The notes below the pieces were generated by a model, which saw nothing but the letters and a program-made list of their open reading frames with translations, was not told the DNA's origin and made no database searches. DNA of 64,000 bases, from NCBI GenBank assembly GCA_023205875.1, contig CP060759.1:1054001-1118000 (forward strand), written 5' to 3'. This DNA is from Chloropicon primus (Eukaryota). Each line of letters begins with the position of its first letter. Position 1 is the stretch's first letter. The translations under genes and the position numbers were made by a program. Below are positions 55,160-64,000 of the stretch, in pieces.

Positions 55160-57502
55160 TTACGTGAGATCAAGACCGTCCACCTCGACGGCCCTGAACT
55201 CGACCCTGAGCTTCAGCGCCCTCTTCACCTCGAAAGGGGTGAGCCTCCACATCATGGACTCGTCGCCCCAGTAGTCCAAAACTTCCTGGGGACTCTCCAA
55301 GTTCAACAAGGTGGCCATCTGGGTCAACCGGGCGAACTTGTCCCTCACCGTCCTCTGCGTCATGTTGGACGTGTAGTTCACCATGTTCCTCACGTCCTTC
55401 TCCAGCAAGAGGCCCCCGAGCTGGTTGAACCGTTTCTGCAGCAGGAGGGCTTCGATCCTCTTCGCTGTGTGGCCCAAGACCGAGTGGACCAGGGCCTCGT
55501 AATTCTGCGAGGTCAGGAGACCCCGCAGCCAGCCGAGGTGCTCCTCCATCCTGGACAGGAAGTCCGACAGCCAGGGGTCCTCGGCCTCGTACATGGCGTA
55601 CTCCGAGTCGCTGAGGTTGAACGACAGAGAAGAGAGCGCATCGATCGAAGGCCTGAGCTCTGGCATCAGCTTCAGAGCCACGTACTCGATCGTAGACGCG
55701 GAGATCTTCTCAAACTCCTGGGACGTCCGGAGCAGGTCGCTGAGGCAGCTCTGCACCCTGTTCCTGCTGTCCGTGCTCTCGAACACCTCGAAGGTGTACA
55801 TGTCCAGGTCAGCTTTGAGCTTCTTGATGTATTCCGAGGACACATCGAAGTTGTTCACGGCCTGCGCAGCCTTTGCCGTGTTGCTGGTGTTGTCGATCGC
55901 CTCAAGGTCCAGCCCCTCCTCCGGGGACCCCACGAGGCATTCGTACACGGAGTTGTCGTGCCTCAGAGCAGAAAGGAAGGCGTTGCACAGGTGGTTGTTG
56001 ATGTTGTTCAAGACGGAGCAGACGCACTGCACGTTTCCGGTCGCCATACCCCTCCTACCACACTTTTGGAGGATGAAGAAAGCGTCCTCCACCAAGGACG
56101 AGGTGAGGGCCCCGTCCACACACTCGTCCATCTGGATTGCCATCTGGATCGTCCTTTCCATGTAGTTGTCCTCCAACCCCGTGTAGTAGGCATTCAGCTC
56201 CCTCACCACGCAGTTCAGCGGAGACCCGCCCAGGGAGTTTATCGTGGACGAGGCCTTCTCCACGCCTTGCTCCGCCGCGGTGCTCAGGACCATCTTGATG
56301 CAATTGTTGTACTCCTCGCTCCTCATGCACAGCATGACGACCTCATCGATGGTCCTCTCGAAAGACGTCACGTTGTCGCCCCCAGAGCTCCCGACCTCCC
56401 CCTTGGACTCGATGGCCCTCGCCAGCTGCCTGTACTCGACGAACTTCCTGAGAATTTGGACCGCCCTGGTCTCCGCCTCTTGGTGCAGCGAGAGGACCAC
56501 GTCGACAAAGCCTTCCTGGCCGTACGCCTCGGTGATCAGCTGAGTGTTCGCCTCGATAGCCTCGGCGATGTCCCTGTACAACCCCGTCAGGGCCGCGTTG
56601 AAGTCCGCCTTCCTCTCGCTCTCCAAGTTCTTCGGGATGCTTATCTCCGCCAGGAGGTTGTCGTATTCCGACGTCGCGCGCGAGGATATCAGCCCGATCA
56701 GGTACTTGGTGAAAGCTTGCAGGCCGCTCTCCACGAGTCCGATGGGGCCCAGGATGCTCGCGAACCGCTTCACCTGGTCGTGGTCCCTCTCCTTGGCCGC
56801 CTTCTCGAACTTCTCCAGGACCACCTCCCTCAAGTTCTTGGCGCACTCCTTGACCACCTTGGCGCTTTCCCGGAGCACGTGGGAGGAGCTCTCATCCCCC
56901 TCGCTGAGTATGCTCCCCTTGTTGCTCCTCCCTTGCCTCTGGCCCTCCAGCCCTCCGTTTGGGGTTTGGTCCCCTTGGGACTCGGCCTGAGCCCCCGCGG
57001 TGGAGGCGGCGCTGCCCGACTTCACTCCCACGGCAAAGTACAGCTGCGTGAAGGTCTGGATCCTCTCCGCGGCCTTGTCGTACTCTCCCTCGCTCAGGGC
57101 CTCCTTGAGCTCCTCCACCGCCCTCTCCGCGTCCACGACGCAGTCCAACCGCCTCATGGCCTCGCTCACGCGGCTCTGGGACGCGTCGAGCTCCCTCACG
57201 CGACGGGACACGTCCTCCGCCAGGGAACTCGCCTGCTTCGTGCTCCCCGCGATGCTCTCCGCGTGCTTCTGCATGAGGTCCAAGAGTCCCAAGGAGTCTT
57301 TCAAGTTGGCCAGTCCCCTCTCCAGGGTGTTCCTCTTCGAAAGGATGTCGTTGAGATGGTTGTCGACTTGCTTCTCGCACAAGATCGCCTCCGAGAGCAG
57401 GGCGCTCGCTTCCTGGACGTTGCTCACCCTCTCCGCTTGCTGCAGGAGCTCTACGGGGTTTAACCCTTGGCCCTGTCCACTCCCCTCCGTCACCGCCGTC
57501 AT
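55160..57502 (-). CDS. COG4: Conserved oligomeric Golgi complex subunit 4
   Basis: VSRRVRELD..QSRV, TSSLVEDAFFILQKC, RFNQLGGLLLEKDVR, VRDKFARLTQMATLLNLE, WRLTP.EV. Confidence 0.95.
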   Translation of the reverse strand: MTAVTEGSGQGQGLNPVELLQQAERVSNVQEASALLSEAILCEKQVDNHLNDILSKRNTLERGLANLKDSLGLLDLMQKHAESIAGSTKQASSLAEDVSRRVRELDASQSRVSEAMRRLDCVVDAERAVEELKEALSEGEYDKAAERIQTFTQLYFAVGVKSGSAASTAGAQAESQGDQTPNGGLEGQRQGRSNKGSILSEGDESSSHVLRESAKVVKECAKNLREVVLEKFEKAAKERDHDQVKRFASILGPIGLVESGLQAFTKYLIGLISSRATSEYDNLLAEISIPKNLESERKADFNAALTGLYRDIAEAIEANTQLITEAYGQEGFVDVVLSLHQEAETRAVQILRKFVEYRQLARAIESKGEVGSSGGDNVTSFERTIDEVVMLCMRSEEYNNCIKMVLSTAAEQGVEKASSTINSLGGSPLNCVVRELNAYYTGLEDNYMERTIQMAIQMDECVDGALTSSLVEDAFFILQKCGRRGMATGNVQCVCSVLNNINNHLCNAFLSALRHDNSVYECLVGSPEEGLDLEAIDNTSNTAKAAQAVNNFDVSSEYIKKLKADLDMYTFEVFESTDSRNRVQSCLSDLLRTSQEFEKISASTIEYVALKLMPELRPSIDALSSLSFNLSDSEYAMYEAEDPWLSDFLSRMEEHLGWLRGLLTSQNYEALVHSVLGHTAKRIEALLLQKRFNQLGGLLLEKDVRNMVNYTSNMTQRTVRDKFARLTQMATLLNLESPQEVLDYWGDESMMWRLTPFEVKRALKLRVEFRAVEVDGLDLT

Positions 57503-58155
57503 CCTCCTCCTCCTCCTCCTCCTCCCCCAGCGCTCAATTCACACGAGTCCCGTTCCGTCAAGGTGAACCTTCTGCTCGACCCAGTCCTCCGAGGACGACC
57601 ACGAGACACTCGTTGCTCCCTCCCTCCCCTCCCCTCCTTCGAATGGATCCCGGATGGAATGAAACCTTCGCCTTCGTCTTCACCTTGGTGAGAGAACAGA
57701 AGAGAAGCAGAACAGAAGAGAGACACGACGAAGGACGAACGAAAGCAATGCGGTTCCGGACCGGACCGGACGGCACGGACCCAACCTCTCCCTCGTTGCG
57801 TAATGGTATTGACAAGCGGTTCGGTTCCCTCCTTTTTCCTCGGCCTCGGCCTCTGCGAGAGACGACACCTCGAGGACCCAAACGCAAACGACGAGGACGA
57901 GGACGAAGACCGAGCGCACGCACGTGACCACGACAAGGACGAGGACGAGGAGGACCACGGCAAGCAACGGGACGCCAGGGAGAGGCACGAGGACGACTAC
58001 GAGGCCGCGAGGCCGCGAGGCCACGACGAGGACGAGGACGAGGACGAGGGCAAGCACCGGGACGGCCAGGGAGAGGCACGAGGACGAGGACGAGGACGCG
58101 AGGCCACGGGAAACGACGCGACGGGAGGTGGAGGAGGGGACTGACTGGGGGGGCA

Positions 58156-58572
58156 ATGGGGGGGGCGGTGAAGGGGTGCACGCGAGGCATGGTCATTCTG
58201 CACCCGACCAGGGCGAGGGTGGTGAACGAGGCGCACGAGAGGGCCAAGGCGGAATCGACGATAATCCCTAGAGACGTCTTGCAGGTCGTGGCGAACAGCA
58301 TACAGGACGCCAGGACGGCGGTGAACTTCGCAATGTGCTCCAAGGCATGCAAGGAGATGACCGAGACGGACTCCCTGTGGAAGAGCCTGTACGAATTGAA
58401 GTACCCGTTGCCTTCCAAGGCGCCACCCAAAGGAAAGTGGAAGGAGCTCTACGTCTTCCAAACAAAGTTCATGAGGGACGTGCTGTTGAACAAGAATCTC
58501 GACGAGATCCTCGAGAAGGCGTACCCGCGCTGGGAGTCAGTCGGCTCCATCTCGCTCCCCGTGGCGACCTGA
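58156..58572 (+). CDS. Small F-box protein
   Basis: IPRDVLQVVANSI...MCSKAC...DSLWKSLYELKYP...WKELY. Confidence 0.7.
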   Translation: MGGAVKGCTRGMVILHPTRARVVNEAHERAKAESTIIPRDVLQVVANSIQDARTAVNFAMCSKACKEMTETDSLWKSLYELKYPLPSKAPPKGKWKELYVFQTKFMRDVLLNKNLDEILEKAYPRWESVGSISLPVAT

Positions 58573-58756
58573 GCACCCGTATTCTGTAGCATAGAGCGCA
58601 ACCAGGCTTGTAAAAAAACGATGCGTGTCTCACTGGTGCAACTAAAACTAAAACTTCTATTACAATTCAAAACGCACCGAATGGTCTATCTACGCACTAC
58701 TCCCCATCTCTCAACGATCTACACACTACTAGTTCCTGCGACCTGCGACCGCTTCC

Positions 58757-59623
58757 TCATTCCTCCTTGTTGTTTGCGGGGGACACGTCGTCGTCTGCTG
58801 TGATGACGTCGTCCTTGACCTTTTTCCCCTTCGCTGCGACTCCCGCGATCCTCAGGATGGGCCTCAGCCAGTAGATTTGCAGCAGCCACAGGGCGACGAG
58901 GAGGGTGTTCGACGTGTACCAGGTGTAGACCACCGTCGTCCGCCAGTCCGTCCAAGTCACCGAATGCGGCAGCTCGAAGAAGGTCGACCGAATGACCACG
59001 CCCAGGAGGAGGACGATCCTGGAGAGGACGAAGACAATCGTGAAAAGCACGAACGCGTAAAAGTTCGTCTTCCCCCCCGGGTCGACGTAGTTCAAAAACT
59101 TGGACAGGTGGAGCAGCGGGTTGCTCTGGTTGAACACGAAGAAGGTCACCACGCCTATTTTCGTGAAGCCGGTGACGTACGACCAGATCACCAGCGCGAG
59201 GGTGGCGACGTGGTGGAACTCCATCACGAGGCTGTCGAACCGGCCGACCCCCACCACGCTTTTCAGGATGAGGGAGACGTACCAGCCGACCTCGATGAGG
59301 TAGTACGCCATGATCTCGCGGGGAATCTCCTCCACGCTGAAGTCCGCGTAGCACCTGGACGTGTCGAAGACGTTACACCCCTCGAAGCTCGGCCCCCTCG
59401 CGAGCAGGCACCCGCTGAAGGCGCTCAGCACCGTGCCGCACACCACCAGCCAGATCTCCTCCTGGAGCTTGTCCACCTCAACCTTGACGCCCTTCCTCCT
59501 CCCGTACGCCTCGAGCCCCCGCCTCGTGGCCGCGTTCATCGCCGCCCGCGCCGCGATGAAGACCAAGGCTATCCACGCCGAGTGCTTGAGCGTCCAGAAC
59601 CTCGCCGCGTGAAACAGCGCCAT
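58757..59623 (-). CDS. TLC-domain ceramide synthase (LAG1/ASC1-like), copy 2, inverted paralogue of 44070-44939
   Basis: Near-identical 5' half; RFDSLVMEFHHVATLALVIWSY. Confidence 0.85.
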   Translation of the reverse strand: MALFHAARFWTLKHSAWIALVFIAARAAMNAATRRGLEAYGRRKGVKVEVDKLQEEIWLVVCGTVLSAFSGCLLARGPSFEGCNVFDTSRCYADFSVEEIPREIMAYYLIEVGWYVSLILKSVVGVGRFDSLVMEFHHVATLALVIWSYVTGFTKIGVVTFFVFNQSNPLLHLSKFLNYVDPGGKTNFYAFVLFTIVFVLSRIVLLLGVVIRSTFFELPHSVTWTDWRTTVVYTWYTSNTLLVALWLLQIYWLRPILRIAGVAAKGKKVKDDVITADDDVSPANNKEE

Positions 59624-59878
59624 GATCCCGACCGACAACGAGTCCACTACTACGGTTGTCCCTGGAGTTCCTTCGTCCCCCCCTCCCGTCCTCTCCTCTC
59701 CTCTCCGCTCGTCACTGGCTCCCCCTGGAGTCCTTCGCCTTCCTCCTCGGTTTTCGTGTCGTATCCCCGGGCCGGTTAACCTCCCCCCCCCCGTCCTCCT
59801 CTCCCCTCCCGTCCTCTCCTCTCCTCTCGTGTCTCGCTCGTCTCTTCCGTAACTGCCCAGGGTCCCCTCCCCCCCTCT

Positions 59879-59908
59879 CTAAACCCTAAAACCCTAAAAC
59901 CCTAAACC
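59879..59908. repeat. Interstitial telomere-like repeat (CCCTAAA/CCCTAAAA units)
   Basis: ctaaaccctaaaaccctaaaaccctaaacc. Confidence 0.85.
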
Positions 59909-60359
59909 ATCAAGGGCCCCAGTCAAAACCAAGGCACCACCTTGGAGGAGAGGAGAGAGCAGTGGCGAGGAGAGGAGAGAGCAGTGGCGAGGGAAGGGAA
60001 GGGAAGGGGAGGGGAGGGGACGCACGGGGAACGCTTGCGCTTGGGGGACAAAGGGGATGCTGGCTTGGGGTCCTCTCCAAAGGGAGGACGACTGACGGAC
60101 GGACGGGGAGGGAGTTGGGATTGTTGGGAAGTCCATCCTTGGTTCATTCATTCGGTGGACGAGGACGGACATCTCAAGGGGAACAAGGAAGCCTCTCGCA
60201 CCACGCGCCGGGTGACGCGCAAGCGAACCTTGGGAAGACGCGGTGTGTGCGGCGTCTTGGACTCGGACTCGGACTCGGACTTCAAGAGAGAGAGAGAGCA
60301 CAAGCACGACAGAATTAGGAGGAAGAGAGACGGTCGGTCAGTCAGAGTGAGGGAGCGCC

Positions 60360-61526
60360 ATGGAGTTCCAGGAGTTCCAGTTCGACGACAGCGTCCAGTA
60401 CTCCGTGAACCTCGAGGAGGATGAGACCTTCCAGGATTGGTGTGCCCGGCGCATCCAAGCGTGGTACCGTGGGCGGAAGACGCGGCGGCAATACATGAGG
60501 ATGCGCATAGCAACCATATTGATACAGATGCGCTGGAGGCGCGCCTTGGCGATTATTCGGGCCAGGCCGGACCTGGACGAGAACGCGCGGATCATTCAGA
60601 ATGGGTGGAAGCGTTACTGGTACCGCAAGGTTTTCGTGTACTACAAGAACCTCATCGATTTTAGGCAGCGCGGCACCCCTTTGACCCTCCTCAAGTCGAT
60701 AAACCCGGCAGAGGCCCAGCTCGCTGAAGCTGCTGCTGGGTTGCACGTCAGGTTCCGTTTGGGGGGCAGTACTTTTCCTCCGCTCATCTTCTACAAAATT
60801 TACACCCACCGCCCGGTCACGGACATCTGCAGCTTTGCTCCTCGTGACTACGCGGAAGACAAGAAGCCCAAGCCGCGGATACTGATCGGCGACGACTTTG
60901 CTATTCCTGACGAGCTGCTGGAGTGCCACTTCTCGCTGCACGAGGGGTCCGGGGCGATCTTGAGAACGACGAAGAGGCAGGAGTTGGGCTGGTACCTTCG
61001 CGAGGACATGAACGGGTGGAGGCCCATCGCGGAGAGGCTGTTCTACGAGGAAGATCCCGTGGAGCGGTACACCAGCGCCAAGCGAATGGACTTCAGTCAC
61101 ATACCAAAAGTGCGGCGGGAGACCCTGAACAAAAAGAGACGGGAGAAGAAACTTCAGTGGATGCAGAGGATGTACGGCATGTCCTCGCCCCAAGGCTCCC
61201 AGTTCGGCAAGCAGAGCACTAGTGACGGAGAGCACAAGCCCGTGGCGCCACCAGCGCAGGGGAGCAAGGACGACGGGGCTTACGAGGATGACATGCAGGT
61301 GCCAGACGTGGACGATCTGGACGATCTCATGGACAACGACGATGCGCTGATTGCCTGGAGCTCAAACCTCAACTTTGACGAGTACTACACCGACTGGATC
61401 AAGCAGTCTTGCTCCAACGGCTCGGAGACTGTTGTGCCTCTGCCCGCTGCGGAGTACAACAAGAAAGCGACAATCGATTCCTTCCGGTCGTTCGAGAGGG
61501 AGTCGTTCGAGAGGGAGATGGCTTGA
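60360..61526 (+). CDS. IQ-motif protein of the C11orf65/MFI family
   Basis: Three IQ motifs, then INPAEA.L...AAGLHVRFRLGGSTFPPLIFYKIYTHRPVTDI, WYLREDMNGWRP, W...LNFDEY..DW. Confidence 0.82.
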   Translation: MEFQEFQFDDSVQYSVNLEEDETFQDWCARRIQAWYRGRKTRRQYMRMRIATILIQMRWRRALAIIRARPDLDENARIIQNGWKRYWYRKVFVYYKNLIDFRQRGTPLTLLKSINPAEAQLAEAAAGLHVRFRLGGSTFPPLIFYKIYTHRPVTDICSFAPRDYAEDKKPKPRILIGDDFAIPDELLECHFSLHEGSGAILRTTKRQELGWYLREDMNGWRPIAERLFYEEDPVERYTSAKRMDFSHIPKVRRETLNKKRREKKLQWMQRMYGMSSPQGSQFGKQSTSDGEHKPVAPPAQGSKDDGAYEDDMQVPDVDDLDDLMDNDDALIAWSSNLNFDEYYTDWIKQSCSNGSETVVPLPAAEYNKKATIDSFRSFERESFEREMA

Positions 61527-61619
61527 AGGTCTCCGCGCCTTTCGTCTCATCATCATTAAACTGTAAACGTTGTTTCATTTAGGGGGTAATATACATATAC
61601 ACAAAGACTACTGAGTTCG

Positions 61620-62663
61620 TTAACGGGCCTTTGCGAAAATGTGGAAGTCTTGCTGATCGTTCCAGGACACCGGGCACCGCACGACAGATAAGCGCTGCAC
61701 TCCGTCGTATTCCGTCAAGTCGCTCGAGTAGTCGATCACGATGGAGCCCTCGGGAAGCTCTTCCGCGACTTTGGCGTACGCCTTTGCCTTCAAGTCCAAG
61801 TCCCAGCACTGGGAGGTCAGAAACAAAATCCCTGTCGAGCTCAAGTCCGTCTCGAGCATGTCTCGCGCCTCGAAGTGCAGGTCCCTCACAACGTCGTACT
61901 TTTTCGCCACCTCGGTCGAGAGGGACACCAAGTAGTCCAGGATCTCGTAACCCTTGGTCCTCAGGCCGAAGGCCAGTCGCCCGTAGAACGCCAGCCAGCC
62001 TATGCTCGACCCCCACACGGTGTAGACCTGATCGGCCTGCTCCAGGCGGCACCGCTCCACCTTTTCCTTGACGGTCTCGTCGGAGAAGACGGTCATGAAC
62101 GACGCCAGGGGCGTGGTCCCGTACGCGAAGTTCTCCTTCGAGTACTGGCCTCCCCCCGAGGCGGACGCCTCCTCTTGGCACCTCAGGAGCTCCGACTGGA
62201 ACGACATGGTCTTCTGAAGGCCGTCTAGCTCCTCAACGACCCTCTCGAGGAGCGACCCGGGCTCGCGCCCCCCCGCGTCCTCCCTCGACGACGTCGACTC
62301 GGGGACCCAGGATCCCTTTGATCCCGACGCCTCCCCCCCGCCCAGGGCCAGCGCCTCGAGCCGTTCCAGGCAGGCCTCCTGGCGCCTCCGTCGCTCGGTC
62401 GGGTCGGACTTCGGATCTCCCGACCTCCTGATGCACTCGCTCACCTCCTCCTTTGCCCTCACGCAGTTCTCCAGCGCCGTCCTTAGCTCCCTCGCCTTGG
62501 CCTTCACCAGCAGAGCCCCTGCCGCCCTCTCCTCCTTGGTCGTCCCCCCGTCCTCCCCCTTCTTCCTCAGAGCGACGCATTCCTTGTGTTCCCTCCTCTT
62601 GTGGAAGGCCACCCCCTGTACCCTCCCCACCACCTCCTGCGCCTTCCCTACGAACCCCTCCAT
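61620..62663 (-). CDS. Putative SAM-dependent methyltransferase (DOT1-like fold)
   Basis: FAYGTTP, degenerate motif I VWGSSIGW, GYEI, DML..DLS, IVIDY, VSW. Confidence 0.65.
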   Translation of the reverse strand: MEGFVGKAQEVVGRVQGVAFHKRREHKECVALRKKGEDGGTTKEERAAGALLVKAKARELRTALENCVRAKEEVSECIRRSGDPKSDPTERRRRQEACLERLEALALGGGEASGSKGSWVPESTSSREDAGGREPGSLLERVVEELDGLQKTMSFQSELLRCQEEASASGGGQYSKENFAYGTTPLASFMTVFSDETVKEKVERCRLEQADQVYTVWGSSIGWLAFYGRLAFGLRTKGYEILDYLVSLSTEVAKKYDVVRDLHFEARDMLETDLSSTGILFLTSQCWDLDLKAKAYAKVAEELPEGSIVIDYSSDLTEYDGVQRLSVVRCPVSWNDQQDFHIFAKAR

Positions 62664-62930
62664 GTTGTTCCCACCTCGCCCAAGCCCAAGCCCCTGAATA
62701 CAAAGATGATCCAATCTTAGGATCCAAGATGGTATCTTGGGGTGTAATTGTTTACATTTGTTTAGGATGGCCGCCAAACCCTACGATCGATCGGGAGGGG
62801 AGCGGAGGCGACCGCGCACGAGGACGAGGACGAGGACGAGGGCGAGGTGTAGAGAGGAAGGAAAGGAGAAACCTTAGCTGAGGAAAAACCTTACGACCCA
62901 ACCCAACGCGACTTCATTCATTCGCACACC

Positions 62931-64000
62931 ATGGCCTCGAACGCGCAGGATAATAATGCGCCACTCCGTATGGAGGGAAAGAAGGAGGAGGAGGACGAGG
63001 AAGACTGTAAGTGGACGAGGACGAGAGAACGAGAGGGGAGAGAGGACGGAGACGGAAGGGAGGAAGGGACGGAAGACATCGCTGCACGACGGGAGTCGGC
63101 GGAGCTCAATCCTCTCGCCCTCGCCCTCTCTCTTTTTTCTTTTTTCTTTCCCTTCCCTTGAGGGCGTGGCTCGAGCGTGCAACTGACTCCTCTCGTCCTT
63201 CCTTGCTCTGCGCTCTTTCTTTCTTTCTTTTGCTTGCCTTCAGACGAGTACTCCCCGTTCCACGGCATAGAGAAGGGAGCCGTGTTGCAGGAGGCTAGGA
63301 TCTTCCACAACCCCCAGATTGACGCCCGCAAGTGTCAGCAGGTCCTCACCCGGCTGCTGTACTTGTCCACGCAGGGAGAGACGTTCACGAAGACGGAGGC
63401 CACGGAAGTGTTCTTTTCCATCACAAAGCTTTTCCAGAACAACGATTCGAACCTGAGAAGGCTGGTGTACCTCATGATCAGGGAGCTCCCTCCGGATTCG
63501 GACGAGGTCATCATCGTCACGAACATGCTTATGAAGGACATGGCGTCCAACAACGAGCTTTACAAGAGCGGTTCCATAAGGGTTTTGTGCAGGATCTTGG
63601 ACTCGAGCTTGCTGCAGCAGGTGGAGAGGTACTTCAAGCAGGCGATCGTCGATAAGGCCCCCGTGGTCGCGAGCGCGGCCCTCGTCAGCGGCATTCACAT
63701 TCTCAAGGAGAACTCGGATATCGTGAAGAGGTGGGGCAGCGAGGTGCAGGACGCCGTGCAGAGCAGGAACCCCATGGTGCAGTTCCACTCGGTCGCCTTG
63801 ATGTACATGCTCAAGAACAACGACAGGCTTGCGATAAGCAAGCTGGTGTCTTCGCTGACGAGGGGCAACGTGAGGTCGCCACTGGCCCAGTGCCTCATCG
63901 TGAGGTGCGTGGCTCAAGTCATTGCGGACAGCCAGGTGTACGCCGGTCAGGAGAGGCCCTTCTACGACTTTTTGGAGAGCTGCTTGAGGCACAAGGGGGA
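62931..64000 (+). CDS. COPG: Coatomer subunit gamma (partial); exons 62931-63006 and 63244 to window end
   Basis: Spliced EEDYEYSPFHGIEKGAVLQEARIF...ATEVFFSITKLFQ...LRRLVYL.IREL...QAIVDK. Confidence 0.95.

Noticed and set aside
55103..57463. Long antisense ORFs (786 aa here; also 12576-13961, 20245-21579, 45301-46722)
   Set aside because: Shadow ORFs expected from high GC3 codon bias on the opposite strand of well-supported genes.

Overview
Gene-dense, GC-rich eukaryotic nuclear DNA with few, short GT-AG introns, very short intergenic spacers and TGTAA poly(A) signals. This points to a compact chlorophyte green alga (a Chloropicon-like picoalga is my best guess, unverified). About 35 protein genes are recognisable by eye, including Maf, ABC1K-beta-lactamase, NDUFB2, MIF, ureide permease, DNAJC21, glyoxalase I, sirtuin, carB, LRRC6, kinesin, MAD3, Rab6, EMSY-like, malic enzyme, CSE1, COG4 and COPG. 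I saw no tRNA, rRNA, CRISPR array or transposase. The most unusual observations are: (1) a 177-bp, about 98%-identical cassette with a conserved hairpin, reused three times in divergent intergenic regions, once upstream of a triple HARE-HTH-like repeat gene and once just upstream of MIF; (2) a small secreted two-repeat precursor with GG-RK/RKLL processing and C-terminal Gly signals; (3) a class I sirtuin lacking three of the four zinc cysteines; (4) a lower-GC type I membrane protein with up to four PA-like domains; (5) inverted ceramide-synthase paralogues whose first 11 codon differences are all amino-acid changing; (6) an orphan, apparently spliced and structured locus beside the third cassette copy. 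All family assignments come from motif recall, not database searches.
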